Part shown: positions 8,815 to 16,662 of the stretch, piece by piece | Position numbering within the stretch: position 1 is the stretch's first letter | How the letters are laid out: every line of letters begins with the position of its first letter | Source: Patescibacteria group bacterium | GTDB lineage: Bacteria > Patescibacteriota > Patescibacteriia > UBA2591 > PGYQ01 | DNA length: 27,330 nt | NCBI GenBank assembly: GCA_020061725.1 | Contig: JAGUXS010000068.1 | Location: 1-27,330 of the forward strand | Reading direction: 5' to 3' | Program-made: the position numbers and the translations under genes | Notes under the pieces: generated by a model | What the model was told of the DNA's origin: nothing | Databases searched by the model: none | Seen by the model: only the letters and a program-made list of their open reading frames with translations

Positions 8815-9855
8815 ATGTTAAATGAAAAATCAAAAATTGTAATATTAAAAAGTTTAGCGATATTTTTATCAACAATGTTTTTTTGGCAGTTAATAAATTT
8901 GTTTACCACGTTAGAAAATCCTGCTATTTATGGCGAATTTGTAGAAATTCAACAGAGAGAACCTCTACATGTTTTTTCAAAAAAAAATACTTTATCAAAA
9001 TTGAGCGTTCCAATAAAACAAACGGAAAAAGAAAAAGAAAAGAATGAAATAATTATAAAAGAGCCAATCAAAATTAATAAACAAAATTTAGAAATAGAAA
9101 TGATGGCGACAAATGGAATTGTTATGGATTTAAAAACAGAAAAAATTCTTTGGCAAAAAAATTCTCAAGAGAAAAAAAATATCGCTAGCTTAACTAAATT
9201 AGTCAGCGCTTTAGTTTTTTTGGAAACAAATCCTGATTTGGAGAAAAAAATAAAAATTATCAGAGAAGATGAAATAGGCGGCGCTCGATTAGATGTAAAT
9301 TTTGAAGAAGAAATTAAAATTAAAGATTTATTTTATGCCGGTTTGATTGGTTCAAAAAATAACGCAATTTTAGCTTTAGTTAGATCTACTGGTTTAAGTA
9401 AAGAAAATTTTGTTAAAAAAATGAATGAAAGAGTGACAAAAATGGGATTTAAAAATACACGTTTTGTTGATCCAACAGGATTAAATCCTAGTAATTTATC
9501 CACGGCTTATGAAATAGCAAAAATAGCCAAACAAACTTTTGAAAATCAAGAAATTAAAAAAATTTTAGTTATTAAAAGATATAATTTTTATACTTTTCAA
9601 GGAGAGAAAAAAATAAGAGAAGTGATAGTAAAAAATACTAATGAACTTTTAGAAAGTAGCCTTAAAATTAAAGCTGGAAAAACCGGATTTTCAAATGAAG
9701 CAAATGGTTGTTTGGTTATTCAAGCGGAAAATGAAAAAGGAAATGAAATTGTTGCTGTTTTATTGGGAAATAGAACAAAAGAAATAAATTTTAAAGAAAT
9801 GGAAGCATTAATTAAATGGATTTTTCAAAATTATCAATGGATAAAAACAAATTGA
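8815..9855 (+). CDS. D-alanyl-D-alanine carboxypeptidase (peptidase S11) with N-terminal membrane anchor
   Basis: IASLTKL (SxxK), SKN (SxN), FVDPTGL, KTG motifs; hydrophobic N-terminus. Confidence 0.88.
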   Translation: MLNEKSKIVILKSLAIFLSTMFFWQLINLFTTLENPAIYGEFVEIQQREPLHVFSKKNTLSKLSVPIKQTEKEKEKNEIIIKEPIKINKQNLEIEMMATNGIVMDLKTEKILWQKNSQEKKNIASLTKLVSALVFLETNPDLEKKIKIIREDEIGGARLDVNFEEEIKIKDLFYAGLIGSKNNAILALVRSTGLSKENFVKKMNERVTKMGFKNTRFVDPTGLNPSNLSTAYEIAKIAKQTFENQEIKKILVIKRYNFYTFQGEKKIREVIVKNTNELLESSLKIKAGKTGFSNEANGCLVIQAENEKGNEIVAVLLGNRTKEINFKEMEALIKWIFQNYQWIKTN

Positions 9856-9909
9856 CAAAAAAACAAAAAAATATTATTTTAATTTGTTATTTTAATTTTT
9901 AATTTTTTT

Positions 9910-10680
9910 ATGTTTTTTATCGCTAATTGGAAAATGAATCTTACTAAAAAAGAAACTTTAGAATTAATAAAAGAAATTATAAAAGAAATAAAAAAAATAA
10001 CCCTTTGCGGCAAACAAAAATTGGACATAATTTTATGCCCATCTTTTACCGCGCTTTCAGATGTCCAGAAATTTTTATCTAAGAAGCTACAAATTACAAA
10101 CTGCAAGCTATCCCTTGGAGCGCAAGATGTTTTTTGGGAAGAAAGAGGGGGGTTTACTGGCGAGATTTCAACTTCTATGCTTAAAGAGATTGGATGCCAA
10201 TATGTGATTATTGGACATTCTGAACGTCGACAATATTTAAAAGAAACGGATAAAATGATAAATAAAAAAATAAAAAGTTGTTTAAAATTTAACTTAAAAC
10301 CAATTCTCTGTGTTGGAGAAAAATCATTAAAGACCAATAAGCCGTCAATTATTGAACAAATAAAAAAAGATTTAAATGGAATTTCTCAAAAAGAAATCAA
10401 AAAAGTGATTATTGCATATGAACCAATTTGGGCAATTGGGGTGGGAAAAATTTGTTCTTTAGAAAGAGCGGTTGAAAAAATAGAAATTATAAGAAAAACA
10501 ATTTTTGATTTTTTTAATTTAACACAAAATCAAAAAATTAAAATTTTATACGGCGGAAGTGTTGATAGCGCGAATATTAAATCAATGACCGATCAATCAG
10601 AAATTGATGGAGTTTTAATTGGCGGAGCGAGTTTAAAAATAGACGAAGTCGTAGAGATGATAAAAAAAATTAGTTTATAA
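9910..10680 (+). CDS. tpiA: Triosephosphate isomerase
   Basis: ANWKMN, GAQD, IIGHSERR, CVGE, AYEPIWAIG, YGGSV, LIGGASL. Confidence 0.97.
   Translation: MFFIANWKMNLTKKETLELIKEIIKEIKKITLCGKQKLDIILCPSFTALSDVQKFLSKKLQITNCKLSLGAQDVFWEERGGFTGEISTSMLKEIGCQYVIIGHSERRQYLKETDKMINKKIKSCLKFNLKPILCVGEKSLKTNKPSIIEQIKKDLNGISQKEIKKVIIAYEPIWAIGVGKICSLERAVEKIEIIRKTIFDFFNLTQNQKIKILYGGSVDSANIKSMTDQSEIDGVLIGGASLKIDEVVEMIKKISL
10085..10112. repeat. Degenerate in-frame heptamer array in tpiA (AGCTACA AATTACA AACTGCA AGCTATC)
   Basis: 7-nt periodicity visible; encodes KLQITNCKLS just before LGAQD. Confidence 0.65.
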
Positions 10681-10806
10681 TTTATAGTTTTATAAACTTT
10701 TAGTTTTGGAAATAATCCGGCAATAGATAGTATTTAATTTTTTATAATTTGTCATTTTAATTTTAATATTGGGATTTATAAAATTTATTTCATAAATTTT
10801 TATTTT

Positions 10807-11601
10807 ATGTTTATAAATATCCTTCTCATTTTAATTATTTTGGTTAGTTTTGGGATTATTTTGAAGATTGTATTTTCTAAATTTTCTAGACTTTCTTTAA
10901 TTGAAATAGAAAATTTACCCAGAGAACAACAAGGAAAAGTAAAAAAAGAAATTATCAAAAATAGATTAGAAAAAAAATTAGAAAAAATTTATAAAAAAAT
11001 TTTATATTTTTTGAAATTTTTAGAACCTTTTGGTTTAAAATTAAAAGAATTTTTTTGTAAATATAGAGAAAAATTTTTAATCTTGGAACAAAAATATATT
11101 TTTAAATATCGGCATTTAATAAAAAAAGAACCCGAATTAATTCAAAATAAAATTAAAAAATTATTTATTCAGGGGAAAGAATTGATAGAGAAAAAAAATT
11201 TTATAGAAGCGGAAAAAAAATTTATTGAAATTATTAGTTTTGATTCTAAAAACATTGAAGCATATAAACAATTAGTTGAAATTTATTTTCAACAAAATGA
11301 CTTTGAACACACAAAAGAAATTTTATATTTTATTCAAAAAATAAATCCAAACGATGAAACAATTTCCACTCAATTAGGAGTTATCAATAAATCATTGGGA
11401 CAACATAAAGAGGCGATAAATAATTTTAAAAAAGCGTTATTTTTAACCCCAAATAATCCTAAAAATCTTGATTTACTTATAGAAGAATATATAATTGTAA
11501 AAAATCAACTTTTAGCGGAAAAGGTTTTAAAAAAATTAGAAGAAGTTAATCCAGAAAATCAAAAAATAAAAGAATTTAAAGATAGAATTAAAAAAATGTA
11601 A
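10807..11601 (+). CDS. Membrane-anchored tetratricopeptide-repeat protein
   Basis: N-terminal hydrophobic helix; TPR-like helices (AEKKFIEIISFDSKNIEAY, AINNFKKALFLTPNNPKNL). Confidence 0.7.
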   Translation: MFINILLILIILVSFGIILKIVFSKFSRLSLIEIENLPREQQGKVKKEIIKNRLEKKLEKIYKKILYFLKFLEPFGLKLKEFFCKYREKFLILEQKYIFKYRHLIKKEPELIQNKIKKLFIQGKELIEKKNFIEAEKKFIEIISFDSKNIEAYKQLVEIYFQQNDFEHTKEILYFIQKINPNDETISTQLGVINKSLGQHKEAINNFKKALFLTPNNPKNLDLLIEEYIIVKNQLLAEKVLKKLEEVNPENQKIKEFKDRIKKM

Positions 11602-11781
11602 AATATAAAAAATAAAAAAATGTGAAATTTAAATGTTGTTATTGCGCGAGGAAATTTATTTAAAATTATAAACAAAGTTCCATTATTTGTTAAAATTAAT
11701 ACGATAAATACACTTTTTTATATAACAAGTGAACGAGGAAAGCGAATATAATAATTTTGCATTTTACATTTTAAATTTTTT
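11593..11781. repeat. A-rich heptamer array (11593-11637) and complementary T-rich array (11753-11781) between the TPR gene and tRNA-Thr
   Basis: AAAATGT AAAATAT... overlaps the TPR stop codon; ATTTTGC ATTTTAC ATTTTAA ends just before the tRNA. Confidence 0.7.
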
Positions 11782-11782
11782 T

Positions 11783-11854
11783 GCCGATGTAGCTCAGTGG
11801 TAGAGCAACTCCATGGTAAGGAGTAGGTCCGCGGTTCAAATCCGCGCGTCGGCT
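11783..11854 (+). tRNA. tRNA-Thr(GGT)
   Basis: Acceptor GCCGATG/CGTCGGC, D arm, anticodon stem ACTCC/GGAGT with loop ATGGTAA, T loop TTCAAAT; CCA not encoded. Confidence 0.95.
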
Positions 11855-12031
11855 AATTTAAACATCCTAAATGTTTAAGTTAAATTTAATTTTAATTAGG
11901 ATTAAACTTTGGCAAAATTTTGAACAATATTGTTAAATTTTTTATTTTAGCCATTTTTTTATTTAAAAGAATAAATGGTTTTTTAGGAAAAATTAATAAA
12001 ATTTATTAAAGTAACTTACTTTATTTTTTCC

Positions 12032-12065
12032 TAATTCATAATTCATAATTTTAATTCTTAATTTT
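12032..12065. repeat. Heptamer array TAATTCA/TAATTCT/TAATTTT just upstream of tRNA-Thr(TGT)
   Basis: Read directly: TAATTCATAATTCATAATTTTAATTCTTAATTTT. Confidence 0.65.
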
Positions 12066-12070
12066 ATTCT

Positions 12071-12146
12071 GCCGTCCTAGCTCAGCTGGTAGAGCAACAG
12101 TTTTGTAAACTGTAGGTCATCGGTTCGAATCCGATGGACGGCTCCA
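12071..12146 (+). tRNA. tRNA-Thr(TGT)
   Basis: Acceptor GCCGTCC/GGACGGC, anticodon stem ACAGT/ACTGT with loop TTTGTAA, T loop TTCGAAT, encoded CCA. Confidence 0.96.
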
Positions 12147-12191
12147 AAAAAATAAATTTTTTTTATTTAAAAAATAAAATGAAAAGAAAAA

Positions 12192-12317
12192 ATGTGTTCT
12201 TTATTAAAAGATAAAGAAATAGAAAAAATATATTTTTATTACACAACCTGTCCAAAATGCGCTAAGTTATATGGTAAGAATTACACTGTTATTTTCGCGA
12301 AAATTTTAGAAAAATAA
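12192..12317 (+). pseudogene. Unannotated 41-codon ORF, probable 3' remnant of a gene ending in a YTTCPKCAK.YGKNY motif
   Basis: Translates as MCSLLKDKEIEKIYFYYTTCPKCAKLYGKNYTVIFAKILEK; in-frame TGA at 12180-12182 blocks extension. From recall (unverified), the motif is the C-terminus of a longer conserved bacterial/archaeal family often labelled 'hydrolase'. Confidence 0.6.
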
Positions 12318-12319
12318 TT

Positions 12320-12997
12320 ATGCCAACAAAACAAAATAATATTCAAATAATTAAAAAATTAAAATCTTTGAGTGATAAAAAAAATCTTGAAGGAATGAAA
12401 AGATTTGGCATTAATCCTAAAAATGCTTTTGGTGTAAAAATTCCTTTGTTGAGAAAAATGGCAAAAGAAATTGGCAAGGATCATTTGTTGGCATTAAATT
12501 TATGGTCATCAGGAATTCATGAAGCAAAAATTTTAGCCAGCATGATCGCTGAAGCCGAAAAAATGACATCAGAACAAATGGATAAATGGATTTCTAATTT
12601 TGACTCGTGGGATGTTTGTGATCAAACTTGTTTAAATTTATTTAATAAAATTTCAAGCGCTTTTAAAAAAGTAATTGAATGGGTAAAAAAAGAATCAGAA
12701 TTTGAAAGACGCGCCGGATTTGCTTTAATGGCTTGTCTTGCTTGGCGCGATAAAATTTCTTCTGATGAAAAATTTTTAAAATTTTTTTCTTTAATCAAAA
12801 AATATTCAACTGACGAAAGAAATTATGTTAAAAAAGCTGTAAATTGGGCGTTGCGACAGATTGGAAAAAGAAATAAAAATTTACGCAAAAAAGCAATTAA
12901 GCTTGCCAAAGAGATTCAAAAAATTGATTCAAAATCAGCAAAATGGATTGCCTATGATGCAATAAGAGAATTAACAAAATATAAATTTAAAAAATAA
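12320..12997 (+). CDS. DNA alkylation repair protein (AlkD-like HEAT-repeat glycosylase family)
   Basis: FDSWDVCD, EFERRAGFALMA, ERNYVKKAVNWALRQIGKRN. Confidence 0.85.
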   Translation: MPTKQNNIQIIKKLKSLSDKKNLEGMKRFGINPKNAFGVKIPLLRKMAKEIGKDHLLALNLWSSGIHEAKILASMIAEAEKMTSEQMDKWISNFDSWDVCDQTCLNLFNKISSAFKKVIEWVKKESEFERRAGFALMACLAWRDKISSDEKFLKFFSLIKKYSTDERNYVKKAVNWALRQIGKRNKNLRKKAIKLAKEIQKIDSKSAKWIAYDAIRELTKYKFKK

Positions 12998-13007
12998 TTT
13001 TTATTTT

Positions 13008-13691
13008 ATGAAAAAAGGCAAGTTAATTGTAATTGATGGATTAGATGGTTCTGGCAAAACCACTCAAATTAAATTATTAATAAAAAAATTAAAAAATAAT
13101 GGCTATAAAACAGCTATTATTGATTTTCCTCAATATTATTCTTCTTTTTTTGGTCAAATAGTCGGAAGATATTTAAAAGGGGAATTTGGCAAAGCTAAAG
13201 ATGTTAGCCCGTATTTAATTTCTATTTTATATGCGGCGGATCGTTGGTTGGCAAAAAATAAAATGGAAAAATGGTTAAAACAAGGGAAAATTATAATTTG
13301 TGATCGTTATGTTTCTGCTAATCAAATTCATCAAACTGGCAAATTAAAAACAAAAAAAGAAAAACAAATTTTTTTAAAATGGTTAGATAAATTAGAATTT
13401 GAAATTTTTAAAATTCCCAAGCCAGATTTAATTTTATTTCTTCATGTTCCTTATAAAATAAGCCAAAAACTTATAAAAAAAAGAGGAAGTAGGGGGTATC
13501 TTGGAAATAAAAAAGATATTCATGAATCAAGTTCTTCTCATTTAATCGCCGCTCAAAAACAATCATTAGAATTAGTAAAAAAAATTAGTAATTGGATAGA
13601 AATTAGTTGTGTGGAAAATAATAGAATTTTATCAAAAGAAATAATTTCTGAAAAAATTTGGCAAACATTACAAAAACATTTAAACAATTAA
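13008..13691 (+). CDS. tmk: Thymidylate kinase
   Basis: IDGLDGSGKTTQ P-loop, LYAADR, IICDRY, PKPDLILFL. Confidence 0.88.
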   Translation: MKKGKLIVIDGLDGSGKTTQIKLLIKKLKNNGYKTAIIDFPQYYSSFFGQIVGRYLKGEFGKAKDVSPYLISILYAADRWLAKNKMEKWLKQGKIIICDRYVSANQIHQTGKLKTKKEKQIFLKWLDKLEFEIFKIPKPDLILFLHVPYKISQKLIKKRGSRGYLGNKKDIHESSSSHLIAAQKQSLELVKKISNWIEISCVENNRILSKEIISEKIWQTLQKHLNN

Positions 13692-13820
13692 ACAATTTAA
13701 GTAATTTATAATAAGCAATAAGTACATTCTATAATGAGATTGCTTGTTATTCGTTATTTTTATTATTTTGTTAGATATTTTATTTTTATTATTTATTTTA
13801 TAAATAATAAAAATTTTTTT

Positions 13821-14372
13821 ATGAAAAAAACAACAAGTATTTTACAACCAAGAAGGGCAGGGGATATTGATAAAAAATTTATTAAAGGACAAAAAGAAAC
13901 AATTCTGTGTCCTAAGTGCAAAACTGTTTATTATGATAAATGCTGGCATAAAAATTTAAAACTTCTTGAAAAAAATATAAAAAACGCGAAAAAATTTTTG
14001 TGTCCAGCTTGTAAATGGACAAAAACAAATTTAGCTGAAGGGGTGATTGTTTTAAATTTAAAAAATAATCTTAGAGAAAAAGAAATTTTGAATTTGATAA
14101 AAAACGTGGAAGCTAGAGCTAAATTACGCGATCCAGAAGATAGAATAATAAAAATAAATAAATCCCGCGTTTTTATTTATTCACCTTCACAGCAAATTGT
14201 AGAGCATTCTGGGAAGATGCGCGACAAAGAAAAAAACAAAATAACCATTTTAACAACTGAAAATCAATTAGCCGTAAGCATTGCCAAACAAATTAAAAGG
14301 GCGTTTAAAGGCGAACTAAAAATAAAGTGGTCTCACAATGAAGATGTGGTTAGAATAGAATGGACTGAATAA
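13821..14372 (+). CDS. Zn-ribbon protein resembling the BCAM0308/NMD3-like family (start probably 13821, not 13734)
   Basis: CPKC...W and CPAC...EGVIVL, then TTENQLAVSIAKQI..AFKG.L.I.WS..ED.VR..W. ATG 13821 has the TTTTATG context shared by other genes; the upstream extension is low-complexity. Family from recall. Confidence 0.6.
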   Translation: MKKTTSILQPRRAGDIDKKFIKGQKETILCPKCKTVYYDKCWHKNLKLLEKNIKNAKKFLCPACKWTKTNLAEGVIVLNLKNNLREKEILNLIKNVEARAKLRDPEDRIIKINKSRVFIYSPSQQIVEHSGKMRDKEKNKITILTTENQLAVSIAKQIKRAFKGELKIKWSHNEDVVRIEWTE

Positions 14373-14473
14373 AATGAAAAATTAAAAAATCAAAATATAA
14401 AATGACAATGCAAAAAATAAAAATTAAAAAATAAAATAAAATAAATATAATTTTAATTTGTTTTTACGCTTTA

Positions 14474-16591
14474 ATGTTTTTTGTTATGCAAAGGTCTTTA
14501 TTAAAATTTTTTTCTCCCAATTCAATAGCTGTTATTGGCGTTTCACATCAGCCGGGAAAGATTGGATATGAAGTTGTTAATAATTTAATTAAAGGACAAT
14601 ATAATGGGGAAATTTTTTTGATTAATCCAAAAGCGGGAAAAATTTTTGGAAAAAAAGTTTTTAAAAGTCTTTTAGAAATAGATAAAAAAATCGATTTAGC
14701 GATTATTATTGTTCCGGCAAAAATTTGTCCTGAAGTTTTAGAACAAATTGGTCAAAAAAAAATAAAATACGCGATTATTATTTCCGCTGGTTTTAAAGAA
14801 ATTGGAAAAGAGGGGATAGAATTAGAAAATGAAATTAAAAAAATTTTTAAAAAATATAAAATTTCTTTACTTGGTCCAAATTGTTTAGGTTTAATTAATC
14901 CTTTTCAAAATTTAAACGCTTCTTTTGGACCAGAACTTCCGCAAGAAGGAAATATTTTTTTTATTTCTCAATCCGGCGCGATTCTTTGCGGATTTTTAGA
15001 TTTAGTTCATCAAAACAATCTTGGTTTTAGTAAAATTGTTAGTTTAGGAAATAAAGCCGATCTTTCAGAAAATGATTTTTTGGAATTTGCTTTAAAAGAT
15101 TCAGCGACAAAAGTAATTTTGATGTATTTAGAAAGTTTTACTGATGGTAAAAAAACAATTAAAATTTTAAAAAATCATTTTAAAAAACCAATAATTTTTT
15201 TAAAAGCTGGAACAAGCGAAAGAGGGAAAATGGCCGCTTCATTGCATACTGGCAGTTTAGCTGGATCAAATGAAGCGTTAGAAGCGTTTATTAAAAAAAC
15301 AAATATTATTAAAGCGAATTCTTTAAAGGATTTATTTGATTTAGCAAAAGGATTTAGTTTTCAAAATTTTTCTCAACAAAAAGGAATTGCGATTTTAACT
15401 AATGCCGGCGGATTGGGAGTTTTAGGCGCAGACGCTATAGAAAAAAATAATTTAGAATTGACAGAATTAAATAAAAAAACAAAAAATTTTTTACAAAAAA
15501 ATTTACCAGTAACTTGCAGTTTGAAAAATCCAATAGATATTATTGGCGACGCAAATACCGAACGATATAAAATTGCTTTAGAGGCTATTTTAAAAGATAA
15601 AAATGTTTCAGTGGTTTTAGTTTTTTTAACTCCGCAAAAAATGACCGAACCAGAAAAAATAGCAGAAATTATTGTTTCATTTTTTAAAAAATATAAAAAA
15701 TCTATTTTAACTTGTTTTTTTGGCCAAAAAAATGTAAAAAAAGCGATTGAAATTTTAGAAAAGAATAAAATTCCAAATTTTGATTCGCCTGAAAAAGCCG
15801 TGGAAATAATTCAAAAAATACAAGAAAACATTAAAACATTAAAATATAAAAATACAAAAATACAAAAATACAAAAATACAAAAATGTTAGAACAAATTAA
15901 AAAAATTTTAAATAAAACAAGAAATCAAAAAATTTTAGAACCAGAGAGAGTATGGAAAATTTTAAAAATTTTAAAAATTTCTCATCCAAAATTTAAAATC
16001 GCCTTTTCGGAAGAAGAAGCCATAAAAAAAGCTCAACAACTTTCTTATCCTTTAATAATGAAAACAGCTTATTCAAAAATTTTGCATAAAAAAGACATTA
16101 ATGGAGTAAAATTAAATTTAAAAAATAAACAAGAAGTAAAAAAGGCTTATCAGGAAATTATTGAAAACGTAAAAAACGTCGTAAAAGAAAAAAATAACAA
16201 AGAAATTAAAAAAGTAATTATTCAAGAGACGGTTAAAGTTAAAGAGGGGACTAGTGTGATTATTGGAATGAAAAGAGATAGACAGTTTGGGCCGTTAATT
16301 ATGTTTGGTTTGGGTGGAATTTTTGTTGAAATTTTAAATGATGTTTCTTTTGGAATTGCCCCTTTAAACCAAAGCGAGGCGGAAAAATTAATTTCTTCAA
16401 TAAAAGGATACAAAATTCTTAAAGGAGTTCGAGGAGAAAAAGAAAAAGATATTAATTCAATCATTGAAATTCTTTTAAAAATTTCCGAATTAAGTTTGTG
16501 TTTTCCGCAAATTAAAGAAATAGATCTAAATCCAATAAAAGTTTTTGAAAAAGGTTATTCTGCTATTGATTTTAAAATTATTTTATTTTGA
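14474..16591 (+). CDS. ADP-forming acetate/acyl-CoA ligase, fused alpha+beta (CoA-binding, ligase, ATP-grasp)
   Basis: IAVIGVS..PGKIG, GPNCLG, SQSGA, SLGNKAD, HTGSLAG (phospho-His), TNAGGLGV, NPIDIIGDA, FGPLIMFGLGGIFVE, EIDLNP. The start may be 14487. Confidence 0.9.
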   Translation: MFFVMQRSLLKFFSPNSIAVIGVSHQPGKIGYEVVNNLIKGQYNGEIFLINPKAGKIFGKKVFKSLLEIDKKIDLAIIIVPAKICPEVLEQIGQKKIKYAIIISAGFKEIGKEGIELENEIKKIFKKYKISLLGPNCLGLINPFQNLNASFGPELPQEGNIFFISQSGAILCGFLDLVHQNNLGFSKIVSLGNKADLSENDFLEFALKDSATKVILMYLESFTDGKKTIKILKNHFKKPIIFLKAGTSERGKMAASLHTGSLAGSNEALEAFIKKTNIIKANSLKDLFDLAKGFSFQNFSQQKGIAILTNAGGLGVLGADAIEKNNLELTELNKKTKNFLQKNLPVTCSLKNPIDIIGDANTERYKIALEAILKDKNVSVVLVFLTPQKMTEPEKIAEIIVSFFKKYKKSILTCFFGQKNVKKAIEILEKNKIPNFDSPEKAVEIIQKIQENIKTLKYKNTKIQKYKNTKMLEQIKKILNKTRNQKILEPERVWKILKILKISHPKFKIAFSEEEAIKKAQQLSYPLIMKTAYSKILHKKDINGVKLNLKNKQEVKKAYQEIIENVKNVVKEKNNKEIKKVIIQETVKVKEGTSVIIGMKRDRQFGPLIMFGLGGIFVEILNDVSFGIAPLNQSEAEKLISSIKGYKILKGVRGEKEKDINSIIEILLKISELSLCFPQIKEIDLNPIKVFEKGYSAIDFKIILF
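15848..15879. repeat. In-frame octamer array AAAAATAC x4 in the acyl-CoA ligase linker
   Basis: Read directly, with degenerate flanking units; encodes KYKNTKIQKYKNTKM. Confidence 0.88.
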
Positions 16592-16662
16592 TATAAATTT
16601 AGTAGATGATTCAATTAGTCAAAATAAAAATAACAAAAGTAAAAATAGTTGAGGGTTGTTTG

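Noticed and set aside
9023-9045. GAAAAA repeats in the carboxypeptidase (EKEKEK)
   Set aside because: Ordinary codon-level low complexity, not period 7.
11630-11750. Possible ncRNA with CGAGGAAA twice
   Set aside because: No RNase P, riboswitch or 6S architecture could be built from it.
12291-12304. Perfect palindrome ATTTTCGCGAAAAT upstream of the alkD-like gene
   Set aside because: It lies inside the coding remnant, and TTCGCGAA/TCGCGA occurs repeatedly within genes here.
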